Assembly: GCA_029261055.1 (NCBI GenBank)
Contig: JAJDCA010000075.1
Span: forward strand, 77,573-141,572
Direction: 5' to 3'
Length of the DNA: 64,000 nucleotides
Source of the DNA: Candidatus Omnitrophota bacterium
GTDB lineage: Bacteria > Omnitrophota > Gorgyraeia > Zapsychrales > Zapsychraceae
Shown here: positions 1 to 12,000 of the stretch, piece after piece
Numbering within the stretch: position 1 is the first letter of the stretch
Layout: each line of letters starts with the position of its first letter
Notes under the pieces: generated by a model
What the model saw: only the letters and a program-made list of their open reading frames with translations
What the model was told of the DNA's origin: nothing
The model's database searches: none
Position numbers and translations under genes: made by a program

Positions 1-2
1 AA

Positions 3-3000
3 TGGATAAATCGAGGGTTTGATAAATTTATAAAAAGGCTGGCCTCAAAAATCAGCAAGGACCAGAGGGATATTCAGGAGCAAGTTATCAAAGGTGCTAT
101 TAGTCGGGCAAGAATCGCGTATCTTGACAATTTTCAAAGTATTGTTTCTTTGAGAAAGGTTCAATACAGTCAAAGACTAGCAGATAATCTGCTTGATGTT
201 TTTTCAGAAGAGATAAATTTGATAACAGCACAGCTTAAAAATTACCGAGAGGTAAGCATATCTTCAGAAGATGCCCTTTATGTAGGATTGTTTGATGACC
301 TTCTTCATCTTTCCGGTGAGTTTATCCAAACAGAGGTATGTACGTGGTGTGATAGGGCTCGGCAGGTTAGGGAGGGAATGCAAGAAGGTATTCATTTTGC
401 TGTTATTGCTTTGAAGGATGCCCAAGGGCGGATATTAGGTTTTTCACAGGTCCAGATAATTAAAACACCCCTAAAGGGGAGTAAAGAAGAAGGTTCCCAG
501 GGGTATCGGGTTCTGTCCCTTACAGGGATAAATCTTTCCGAAAAGGCGATTCCGATCGATAGAAAAAGGGCGGTTTTGGTTATTCTTAAGGCAGCTTGGA
601 GTTTAGCTCAGGCTGCAAACTTACAAAAGGCAGTTGTCATTTATGCGAGTAATCTCCATTCAAATCAAGAAGACGTAAAGAGATATATTAGTGAATTTTC
701 AAGTCAGGGATATCTGAAGAAAGGCAATCTGCTTGAGACGGTAAAGTTGAGTCATAGTCCTTCGTACAGCTATCAGGAGGTGTATGTAATCGACAATCTA
801 CCGGAGATAGGGCTCATTACTACAGATAAAGAAGAAATAACAACGGCCCAAGAGAAGGAAGATTATCTTTTAGAGAGAAAACATTTAGGTTTTTATAATA
901 ACCTTGGCCATATTGTGCACAATGGAGAGTTGTCAGAAGAATATGCAGGGATGCTTAAAGAAGAGATAGAAGGAATATTAAAAACCATGCCGCAGGATAT
1001 TATTGAAGATTTAGGGCTTAATTTTGCCGGTGGAGGGATCAGCTTTAATGTCATTCATGAACCCTCTTTGGATCGCAGCACGATAAGCCGGACTCAGGAG
1101 GAGATTACGCTTTATTTGGGGGTGGATGTGCTCTATGGGGAGGGGAAAATTGAGACCTTAACGTTAAGGGAGCTTTTGGGCGAGGTTATTGCCTCTGTTA
1201 TCCTCGAAGATTATCAGCAATTGAAAGAAGCTTCAAAGACCAATGAAAACGCGTATTTTAAGATGGAATTGATAAAGGTGCTTTTAAATTATCGGGCTTA
1301 TTTGGCACTATATCATAAGTTGATTCAACGGAAAAACTGGACACCAGAAAATTATTTGGATGAAAAGATTGCGCAGGAAAGGAAGACATTATTAGCTGGG
1401 TACAGACAGGATTTGGAGAAATTTACAAAAGGCATGCATGGTGTCGCACAGTGGAATGTTTTTCTGAATATCATGGATGACGCGGATCCGGCATTTATGG
1501 TTATAAATTATGTGCATATCCTATTAAAAAATTCCTCATTAGACGAGAAGGGGATTTATACGATAATGATGAAGGTTAAAAATATGGATGTCTTGGGCAA
1601 ACCCAGCATTGCGCGGTTGAGGAATGTATTAAAGGAATTCTTTTTATCCGGGAAGGTAAGATTAAGAATAGGTCAAAAGGTAATAAACAATGAACGGTTT
1701 GATAATTTTGATGATACAGCTGCATTAACACAGGTCAAAGATACCCTGCTGACAACACAGGATGCCAATATTTTTTATCAATTAATACGAGAGGTTTTAT
1801 CTGGTTTACTACCGCTGGATGAAATCGGACTCAATAGTGAGATAAGCGATTTATTCGAGAAGGATATATTTTCATTGCCGGATAGAGAGGGTGTTTTAAG
1901 AAAGGTAATCCAGGATATTTTTACAAGACGCATAGGCGGAAAGGCTTTTATAGCATTAAAAGCACATCTTGCTGCAAATAGAGGGTTTAAAGAGATTCCT
2001 TATATAGAAGTTTTGAGTCAGGAATTAAATGAGGGAGAGGATGCCGATGATTATGAGTTTTTAAGGTACGTTGGGAATGAGGATGGTTTATACAAGTTGA
2101 TTTCAGATGAAGGTGATATAGTTCAGACACGGGATTGGGTGAGCCAGTTGTTTGTGATGAACCAGGAAAATGATGAGTCAACGCAAGCTTCTCCTCTCAA
2201 AGCTAATCAAGTAATACAAAAAGAGTATGAAGGAACAAGTTTTCTCGCCAAAGTCATAGATGCCGTACGTGGGAAAATTAATATTTTAAAACAAGAGGGA
2301 CAAATATGGGACGTAAAACGTAGTGAGGCATTAAAGATTTTAGCGCCATATATTTCTTACCTTGTTAATGCTCCACCAGATTCCATAGAAAAATTTGATG
2401 AAGTACGCCTCACCGCAAGTTTCAAAGGCACCAAAAATTCCTTCCTCGCTGTAAAATCAGAAAATGGCCGCAACATTCTTTACATTCATCTCTACGCCGT
2501 AGATAAGGTTGCTGATTTAGTTTCAAAACAGGCCGATAAAGATAAAGACTTTTTCCTTCAAGCCTTTGCCGGTCAAATCCGTCATGAACTTGACCGCCAT
2601 ATTAAGGAAGGCCTTGCCGATGGTCCCGAAGCCCAAAATCGTGACCTCGCCGACTTTACCAAACCTCAGCATTTAGACGAACTCACCGCCACGGTGTATG
2701 TATTAGATCACCCAGAAACATTTTATCTTCAAACAAATAAAGAATTTGAAACTGAGCTTAGAAATATTTATGCGATGTACAAGAAAAAAGAATCTACAAA
2801 AAGGCTGTTGCCCGAGGGCGATATAACTTCCCGTGGCGGGTTGAATGCCCTTGTAAAACTTACGCAATATGGGTTTAAGGCAGCAGTCTTTTTCGTTGGT
2901 TTTGTTGTTCATTTGGGAATAGTGACGGGTGTATATTTACTGTTTGTAGCTGGGGGGCGTTTGTTGTTAAAGGTTGTTGATGTATCGTTCCCGATTTGGC

Positions 3001-6000
3001 GAAGAATCTATGTTGAGTTGACACGTATCACAGGAGGATTTAATGATAAATCTGATTCTGAAGGAAATGAGAAGCCAGGCTCAAAGAACAAAACGCTTCC
3101 TAGCTTTGATCTCATGGCGGCAACGTTATTCGGGTATTTGGTAGCAAATCATTTAACAATTATGTTATCAGCTGGCGCGATTGCTGCACTTGTTGCGTTG
3201 AGTTTATTTGGAAAAATAGGAAAACGAACTATAGGTGAAGCAATAATCAATTTAACAAAAAGGTCGTTGCACAAGGGCTATATAATCTCCCGTGGCGGGT
3301 TGAATGCCCCTGTTCGGCTTCTTGGTTGGCTTGTCCGGCATACCGGCAAGGCAGCGGCCTTTTTAAAATATTTTAAAAAGAACTCTTTTTATTTTTTCAA
3401 TGGAATGAGTGTTGAGGGTTCCAAGAGTTTTACGTATGAGCAGCTTATTAATAGTAATAATTTTACTTACTTTAACAAGAGAGGCTTTTGGAAGGTTTCC
3501 AGTTTGGATTTCTTGTTTATTGAGAAGATAGGCATCATTTGGAATAGTTTTTGGGATCTTGGAGGTAATCGCCATAGCAATGACATCCTTATGGGAGGCA
3601 TTAAATTTATCGGAAGAGACAATAAGGGCAGGTCGTTGTTTCATGGTGGAGAAATCAGTGAAAGGAAAAGGAATAAGAATGATATCGCCCTGTTTGTGGC
3701 GATTAGAGGTCATCATAAACCGTATCTTCTGGGTTATTCCAAAAATCAAAGGAATTTTGAGCTGTTTTTAGCAGAAGAAGGTCATCTGTTGAAATTTTCA
3801 ATAAACGGGGAAGATCATGAAGGAGTTGTCTTTGTTTTTCAATTCCAAGATGAGAAATATGTTCTTCAAGCATTTTTAATGTCATCCAAAGTTCCTCCTT
3901 TAAGATTTATCGGGACATTTATTAATCAATTTATCCTTAGTGCTTCAAATATAACATATCTTTTAAGTCAGGGCAAGGCAGCGGCTTTTTATTCAATTTT
4001 AGCTAAAAGAGCAATTTTCTTATCGTCTGCTCCAGAAGGAACCCTACGGGTATCAAATCCTTTTTGGTTAAAAATTTTAATTAGTTCATGGGGAATATTT
4101 TCATCAAAAAGAAATTTCATAGAAGGTGTTGGGTTAGTTGACTTTGGCAAAAGGAACCGATTCACCGGTTCTAACGAGTTTGGTAGCAAAATGAAGCGCA
4201 GCCTGGATATGCTTTTTAGTCAGTTTGGGATAGTAGCGAGTGATGATTTCAGTGACCTCGATGCCGGCCTCAAGGAGTTCCAAAACAAGATAAATCATAA
4301 TGCGGGTTCCTTTAAAGCAAGGCCGGCCGTGGCATATGCGGGGGTTGATATCTATGTATTTACGGTAGTTAATCATGTATTTACTCTCCTTATTAAAAAG
4401 GATAGTCGGTCAAAATTAGTGTTTAACGGCAGTTTTGGAAAGTCTTTCTACAATCCATTTTTGTACAAGCCGGTCGTAAAGGATTCCTTCTTTGGTAGCG
4501 AGACGCCGGAGTTTGGCCATTTGACGAGGCTTAAGGGTAATCAGCAGATGGCTTGGTTTTGGGAATTCGAGATGCACTGGCTTCAATTCATCAAGATATT
4601 GAGTGCTGTCATGAGTATCCCAAAAGGCGGCAGCATCCGCGTCATTCTTAAATTTAGGGATTCTTTTGGTCGACATGTATTACCTCCTTTGAAAAAGTTT
4701 TTGTTCGGATCGGGACATGTTTCTAGCCGTAATAATATAGGCCAATCCTTTAGATTCATAGCGAGCCACCATAAACAAGTATCGTCCGGCGTACGATTGT
4801 CCGTAAATAAGATAAAGTCCATCTTTAGATTTCTTAAACAATGGTCGTCGGTAACAGGCTTCTTCCACTTCTTGAGTGTTCACTCCATGTCGCGCAATAT
4901 GGTTAATGTTCCAAGCATCCCATTCAAATTCAGTTATTCGCATCAATTTTCCTCTTTGTTAAAAAGGGTAGCATATGGAAGTAATGGTGTCAAGCTGCCG
5001 CAGGAGGAAAATCGACTAAAAAATAGTAATTCGCAATCAGGATGGTTTTTGAAAGCGGCCTTTTTTAGAGTTTTGAAAACGATAATATGGCCTACGCAAC
5101 AGCGTGTTGTATTTTTAGGGAAAGTAGCCGGTTTAACGTTAGGCCTTCTTCTGACGGTTATTGCGCCTGTTTTTGCTGGTGCTGGTGAGGTTTTTGTTGG
5201 CGGGTCTCCGGTTTGGATTGCGTTGGGAGGAATCATTGGTATAGGGATAGTATTAAACCTTTATAGGCGTGGGGGCAAAAAACAAGCAGAGGAGTTAGGG
5301 AAACAGGCAGGTACGATAAGGGAGGAAGGCAAAAAGACGGTATTACAGGTGATTAGCTCTTTTGCGATTGGTGGGGTGTCGCAGATGACTTCAAGTCTTT
5401 TATCAGATATAGAGAAAAATAGATTTACGGCAATAGTTTTATCCAGACATGTAGAAGGAGAGCGCGATAAAGAAATTGATCATCTTAGAAACAATGGTGT
5501 GAATTTTATTTTTGAGAAAAAGCAAAATTCATTTTTTAATAGTTTAGTCGATAAATCTATTATTCAACGAATAATATTCACGTTTATGTACATAAATAGG
5601 ACTATGTATAAGCCGTTCATTGGGTACTATTTATTTAAAACAATACAACCAGATGTGGTGCATTTTCATTCATCAAAGGGCTTAAGGCATTTTCCTATTA
5701 AATTTATTGCAAAGTTTATAATCAATGGCCCTAGAATTTTAACGACATATCATGATTCTGCATATGGTAGGAAGAAATTAATAAAGAAATATGGGCTGAT
5801 TTTAGGAGGTGTGATAAGCATTGCAAATTATTTTGATATGCGATTTATGAATGATGCGATTGTTGCGGTGACAAAAGCCCAAAATGTTGGTAGCGGCTCT
5901 AAAGTTCAGGTGATTGAAAACGGGGTTAATTTCGACTCGGTTCAAGAAGCCACACAGGATTTCAAACAGACCAGGTTTAAGGAATTAGCGAATACATTAA

Positions 6001-9000
6001 AAAATAATTTTGTCTTAGTAAATATTGGCGGGTTACATTCAGATAAAGGGCAAAAATATTTAATAACAGCTATGCAGACAATTATTAAGAAAATATCTAA
6101 CGTGAAGCTTCTTATTATTGGTGAAGGTCAAGAATATCAATCTTTAGAAAATCAAATAAAAGAGTTGAATCTTCAAGAGAGTATTGTTCTTTATGGAGCA
6201 GTAGATAATCAAGATGTTTCAAAAATTCTTTCTTTTGCAGATATTTTTGTTTTTCCATCAGTGTTTGAAGGGCTTCCTTTAGCCCCGTTAGAAGCCATGG
6301 CTATGGCAAAGCCTGTTGTGGCGAGTCGTGTAGGGGGGATCCCTGAGACTTTAGGTGAAGATGAAAGTGCAGGGTTATTAGTTCCTGCCAAGGATCCGAA
6401 AGCGTTGGCGGAGGCCATTATTCGGTTACATAACGATAAAGAATTATCTAAAAAAATGGGTGAGGCTGGACGAAATATAGTTCTTGAAAAATATACCGCT
6501 AAAACCATGGCCAAAGAATACATGGCCTTGTATGACCGCCTTCTTCTCGAAGCCAAGCCATTTCGTGTTTTGCGTTTGATTATGGATATTTTTCAGCATA
6601 TTTTATCTAGAACTCGAACTTTCTTTTTCCCAAAAAATTTTGATTACCATTTTGTTTTGAATCTAGGTTGGCAGGCCTGGTCTAAATTATTCAGCCTGCC
6701 AAGGTATATTCGTATACCTGTATTTATTTTCATTATTAGTGCTTGGTATATTTTTGGATTTCCTAGTATTGCGTTTGCTGATGGTGTTTTCTTTAGTGAG
6801 ACAATTTTTAGTTTAGACGTATTTGACTGGTTGTCGATTGTTTTGGGTGGGGGAATATTTATTTTTGTTGGGAAGACTTTTGGCATGTTTAATGACGGGG
6901 AGGAGGATAACGTTAAATATATTCCTGGCAAAACACAAGATGACGAGACTAAAAGACATGTCATGAATATTTATGATTCACCACCGAAGGGTGAGGAATA
7001 TCAGCTTTCTGCCAAAGAGGCGTATGACCAGATGGAAGCATTATTTGAAGAATACCAAAGTAGAATTGACAACTGGGAATATATCACCAATGGGGTGTCT
7101 GAAAAAGATTTTGCGCTTATTACGTATGCGGATTCCGTAACAAATAAGAATCAACCTAATGAAAAAGCTCTTAAAAATACATATAAACTTTTTAGAGGGA
7201 TTAAAAAAAGTAATGGGGGAATTAAAAAAACTAATAAGGGGAGATTTCCATTTACGATTTGGCAGCCAATATCCTTATTTCCTTCCAGTACAGATCGTGG
7301 TTATGGTGTGATTGACCATAAGGTTGTGGATCCTCGATGGGGAGACTGGGAGATGGTGGAGAAAATAGTCAAAGAATTCAATCTTAAATTGCAATTAGAC
7401 TATGTCATGAACCATATTTCTGATCAGAGTGAATTATTTACGGAATTTTTAAACGGGAATGAATTGTATAAACATTTCTTTACGTATTACAGGGCGACAT
7501 ATATTCAGGAAGAAATTGATGGGGAAATTGTTTATATGCGTAATGACGGAAGCCGGAGCCGGTTTGTTAATGGCGATGAAGGGGATCGTATTACGATAGA
7601 TATGTATAACGACCCAGAACAAAATATTCTCTTTGATCAATGGGATAACCGCGTGGATCGAAAGGATTTTGATCTCATAACCCGTCCACGAACTTCTGAT
7701 TTATTAACGGAAAAGACGCGGATAACGACAAGAGAAGATGGAACAACAGCAGCTATAAAAGTTATGGTCTGGACCACCTTTAGTCCTCACCAAATAGATT
7801 TAAACTGGCATAACCCTGCTGTTTTGGTTTTTATGACGGATGTATTTTTAAATCTTATAAGCCATGGGACAAAAATTGTCCGTTTAGATGCCGCCCCCTA
7901 TATATGGAAAGAATTGGGGACAAACAGCGCTCATCAAAAGAATGCCCATAAATTGGTAAAACTTTTCCGTTCAATGGCTGAAAAGGTTGCCCCTACTGTC
8001 AAGCTTCTTCCTGAAATTAACGCATCAATTGAAGATGCCAAGAAATATTATGGCGATGAGAGACATCAAGATGAAGGTCATATTTTATATGATTTTGGTT
8101 TCTTTCTCGAAATGGTATCGGCGCTCCAAAAAGGGGACGCCAAAGAACTTAGAAAATATCTTCAAATGCATCCCCATGTAAAGGAATATTATTGGTACGG
8201 TTTGCTTAAAGGGCATGATGGGGGGCCATTGTTAGCGGCTCAGAATATTTTGGATCCAGAACGATACTGGGATGTGATCACTTCATTTAAAGAGCACAGC
8301 GAAGATATGTATGGTAGGGAATTAATTATGTATCGCAAAGTTAAAAATTTAATGGATTCGCTTAAAGAGGATAATAACAGCTTAAGCACACATCTTAAAA
8401 ATATTCTTGGAAAAGAAAAGGTGGATGCCACGATTGATTTTGCTTTAAGCCTTTTAAAAGATAAAAAAGAGCGGCCGTGGGAATTTTATAAGAAGCTTAT
8501 AAGCTCTGAAGAAGTTCCATACGAATTAAATTCGACGGTGTGGAGCCTGTTGTCTTCTTATAGAAAAAAGGGAGAGAATATGTCCACGACAGCAGCTCGA
8601 TATTTTGCTGCATATGATCCAATATTCACCGAAGGCGTTATTCCTGCGATAGAAATTACGGACTTTTTTGGAATGGTGAATATGACTGCAGAGTACAAGG
8701 CGGTGGTTACCCTGGATCAATTTAAAAAAGCAAGTCTTTCCGAAGAGGATTTTAACATACTGAAAGAAATGGAGTGGTTTAAATTAGAAAAAGGAAGTCA
8801 AACAGAAGGATCCTTTAGAAAAGAATTGAAAAATATCAGAAATGATATCGAAAAAATGTTTTCAGATAATATAAAACGTAAATACGTCATCGAGGTTTTA
8901 GAGGCCGCTTTAGAAGAAAGATCATTACGTAGTGTTCACCGTTTTCATATAGAATTATCTGATGCTATAAGAAGAATGAATGATGAATCGCCAAAGGGGC

Positions 9001-12000
9001 GGGTACAGCCATTATTGAGGCTGGCTAATTATAGTAGCGAACATAAAGCTCTTCATCCGGATGGTGAGGAAGCGGTGATTGAATTAGCTAATAAAGAAGT
9101 TTTTGCCTTGGCGCGTAAACATGATGGGGAGGCTATCATAAGTTTACTGAATGTTTCGGGAAAGGCCCTTGACCTGGAAATACCGATTGCACAATTTTTA
9201 GCTAATGACAAAATTAAGTCCGGACCACTATTTACACGTGGCGATGAGTTAAAGATGTCGGATCTTATTCGAGAGGAAGAAAAACATATTTCATTAGATG
9301 GGAATATTGAAGTAATACGTATTCATATGGAACCGTATCAAGCTCTTAAAATTGAGACAACTGTCAAGGAAGATGAAATTGAGGATGATAAGGGGGCGCA
9401 AAGAGTAATAAAACTTTTTCAAGAAGGGTTGGCGCGCGCCGCGGTGGGTATCGGTATTATTTTTACAACCAGTTTGTTCGGGTTAAGCGATATAGCTACT
9501 TTTTTCTCATTTTTTATAGGCACAGTATTTTTAACATGGCCGTTGCTGCACCTCGACGTCCTTCCCGTGGTGGGTCGATCGCAGACTCGGGTTCCCCAAT
9601 CCAATGTAGCAGCAGCTTTTAATGTTGAGCCATTTCAGGGCGAAGATAAAAAATCATCGAAGGAAATTATGGATGTCGCAACAATTGAGTTTGAAGAATC
9701 TATGGATGCGTTGGGTAAAGAAAATAATCTTCGTACTTTGGAAGAGGGCGTAAGCGTGGCGTCCTCTTTGGGAGACGGTGCAAGAATGTCGAGAATACAC
9801 ACAAGAAGAAAAATGCCAACGCCAGCGCAAAGAGATAAATCGTTTTCTTCTGTTAATCTCGCTTTAGCACATATTTTTGAGGAAGATATTTATTTAGATA
9901 AGATTTGGAAAAGTGTATTAATGGTTTTTGGTGTGATTCCAGCACATGAATATGGGCATCGTATTCCAGGAAGCCGATGGTTTGAGGAAGGGCCTTTGAT
10001 GGATAAAATTTTTACAGGCACGATGAATTTGACGCGCGGATCGCCGCTTTCTGTATTCTTTTGGGGACCGATGATGAATTTAGTGGTCGGTCTCGGAATT
10101 GTCCTTTCCGTTGCATTGATCGGATTCGGTAGCATCTTCACTCCTCTTGCCCTCTTCGCCGGCACACTTCATTTAGCTGCTTTTATTTACGAGTTTGTTT
10201 CTCCGCAAGGAGATTTTCAAAAATTATATCAAGGGCTGTCGCACCGTAACGTTACCTCCCGTGGCGGGTCGGTCGTTTCGGTTGTAGTAGCGGCAGCCCT
10301 TAATTATATAAAAAATTTAGCCGCTGTTGCATCTCGTCGTCCTTCCAGAGGTGGGTCGATCGCAGACTCGGGTTCCCCAATCCATGCAGCAGCGGCTAAA
10401 TTAGCTAAATTTATTTTAAAGTTTTTAAAAAGGTCGCCGTTTATAACTACAGCGTTCCGCTTCCCGTGGCGGGTCGGTTTCGCTGTTCTAAGCGGCATCC
10501 TAGCGGCGACCTTTTTATTCTATTTTCCTGACGTAACATTTGACTCGAGCAGTCACTGGGAATTCCTCCTCTTTAGTTACGCGGCTCTGAGCAATTCTAA
10601 AGATTCTCAAAATGATGAAACGCAAATAACACAAGGAGGTATACCCGTGAAGGTTGGTGACTTTATGTCGGTTGATCTTTTGTTTGGTAAAGAAGCAAAA
10701 AATATAGTGTTCATGAGCATGGAAAACGTCCGAGAGAGAAAAAGTACTGTTGTGATATTAAAGAATAGATCGACGGGTAAAAGATTAAAAGTAAAGTTTG
10801 TAGCAATAAAATCGGAGGGTACAGAAGGTCTTTTAGTCAAATTTCGAAATCCGCAACGATCGCAAGAAGACTCATCCGTTTATAAAATTTATAAGGATAA
10901 GGATAAAAAAAATAAAATAGTGTTGGCGGATAAAAATGGAATACACATCAGAAATTTAAAGAATTTAAGAGGACGTATAAAACTTAACCTTAGCGAGGTT
11001 GCTAAACCCCAGAGGAGTTCTTTGCTTAGAAATTTCTTTTCTGAAACGGAACAAGCATCTCATGCGCTTGCTGTGGAGGGGGACAGGGTAATTAGACCAT
11101 ATTTAGAGAAAATAGGATTTTCAGAGGAAGAAATTATTGAGCTCGACCCTACAGAATATTTTTTAAGAATTGTTAAGAAATATAGAAAGAAGTTTGGAGA
11201 AGATCAAGAAGGTGTTATGGATGAAGAGTTTGTTATTGCAGAAAGGGTCAACGGAAAATTCCAATGGCGCCTTAGAGGGGGTGAAGAGGCCTTTAGGGAA
11301 ATGGCACAAGTAAATTTACACTTACTAAAGGAAGAAATCGCTTATCTTCTTATGCAGATTAAAGTTCATGAAGCGGGGGAAGATGAAGAAGAAGGCATGG
11401 ATAATCAAATAAAAACTATTGTATGGGTAAGAAATAATATACGGCCTGAGAAGGACATTCCGACGGCTCTTGATATTCCGCAAAGTCTCAACCTTAATCG
11501 CACAGCTAAGGCGGCCCTGGTAGAGTACCTAAAAATTTTAAATAAATCAAGAAGAGTGAATCCTGTCGGGGAACGGATTAAAGACGCAAAAGGTACTTTG
11601 GCCATTTTGGAAGATAAATTGAGTGGGTTGGAACGAAATAATCCCAAAAAGCTTTTGAAGGATGTCAGGCGTATGAAAATATTGGCAAGCAAACTCATTA
11701 ATTCCATGCGGTTAAGAAGGGACATAGGCCCTGGATATTCTTATACATTAAGAACGCTTAATAAACGCGTTACACGGTTAGCCGTCGACACATTAGACGC
11801 CATATTAATAGCGGTTGATACCTCTGAAGCCGATAAAAAAACTACACGTAAACTATTATTAACGGCTAAAAGATTTAAAGACATTATTGAATATAGTATT
11901 GCCTACGACGACATTATTAATAATCGGGAAATTATTGATACAGTTAAAGGATACCGGATACCTTATATTTCATTGAATTACAAGGGAAGCGTGATCAGAT

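Noticed and set aside
150-152. TTG start of the giant ORF given by the ORF track
   Set aside because: The frame is open from base 3 and there is no clear SD, so this is most likely an internal Leu codon.
2811-2850. tRNA fragment or HDV-like ribozyme in the core (GCGGGTTGAATGCCC, CCTCCCGTGG)
   Set aside because: There is no TTC T-loop or cloverleaf, and I found no P1 partner for an HDV double pseudoknot.
4121-4189. N-terminal extension of ORF 3989..4189
   Set aside because: The family signature begins at MKFLFDEN (ATG at 4120), and the extension overlaps DUF433.
9401-9507. Possible degenerate hairpin copies (GCCGCGGTGGGT at ~9438 and TCCGCGGCGGGT at ~60178)
   Set aside because: The cores are similar but the terminal stems are unconvincing by eye; a covariance-model search is needed.
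2798-10517. Hairpin repeats as a CRISPR array
   Set aside because: The copies are long, divergent and irregularly spaced, with no constant repeat-spacer period and no cas genes.
2798-10517. Hairpins as canonical integron attC sites
   Set aside because: Size and context are suggestive, but only copy 3 has AAC...GTT at both ends and no integrase is present. Kept only as an analogy.
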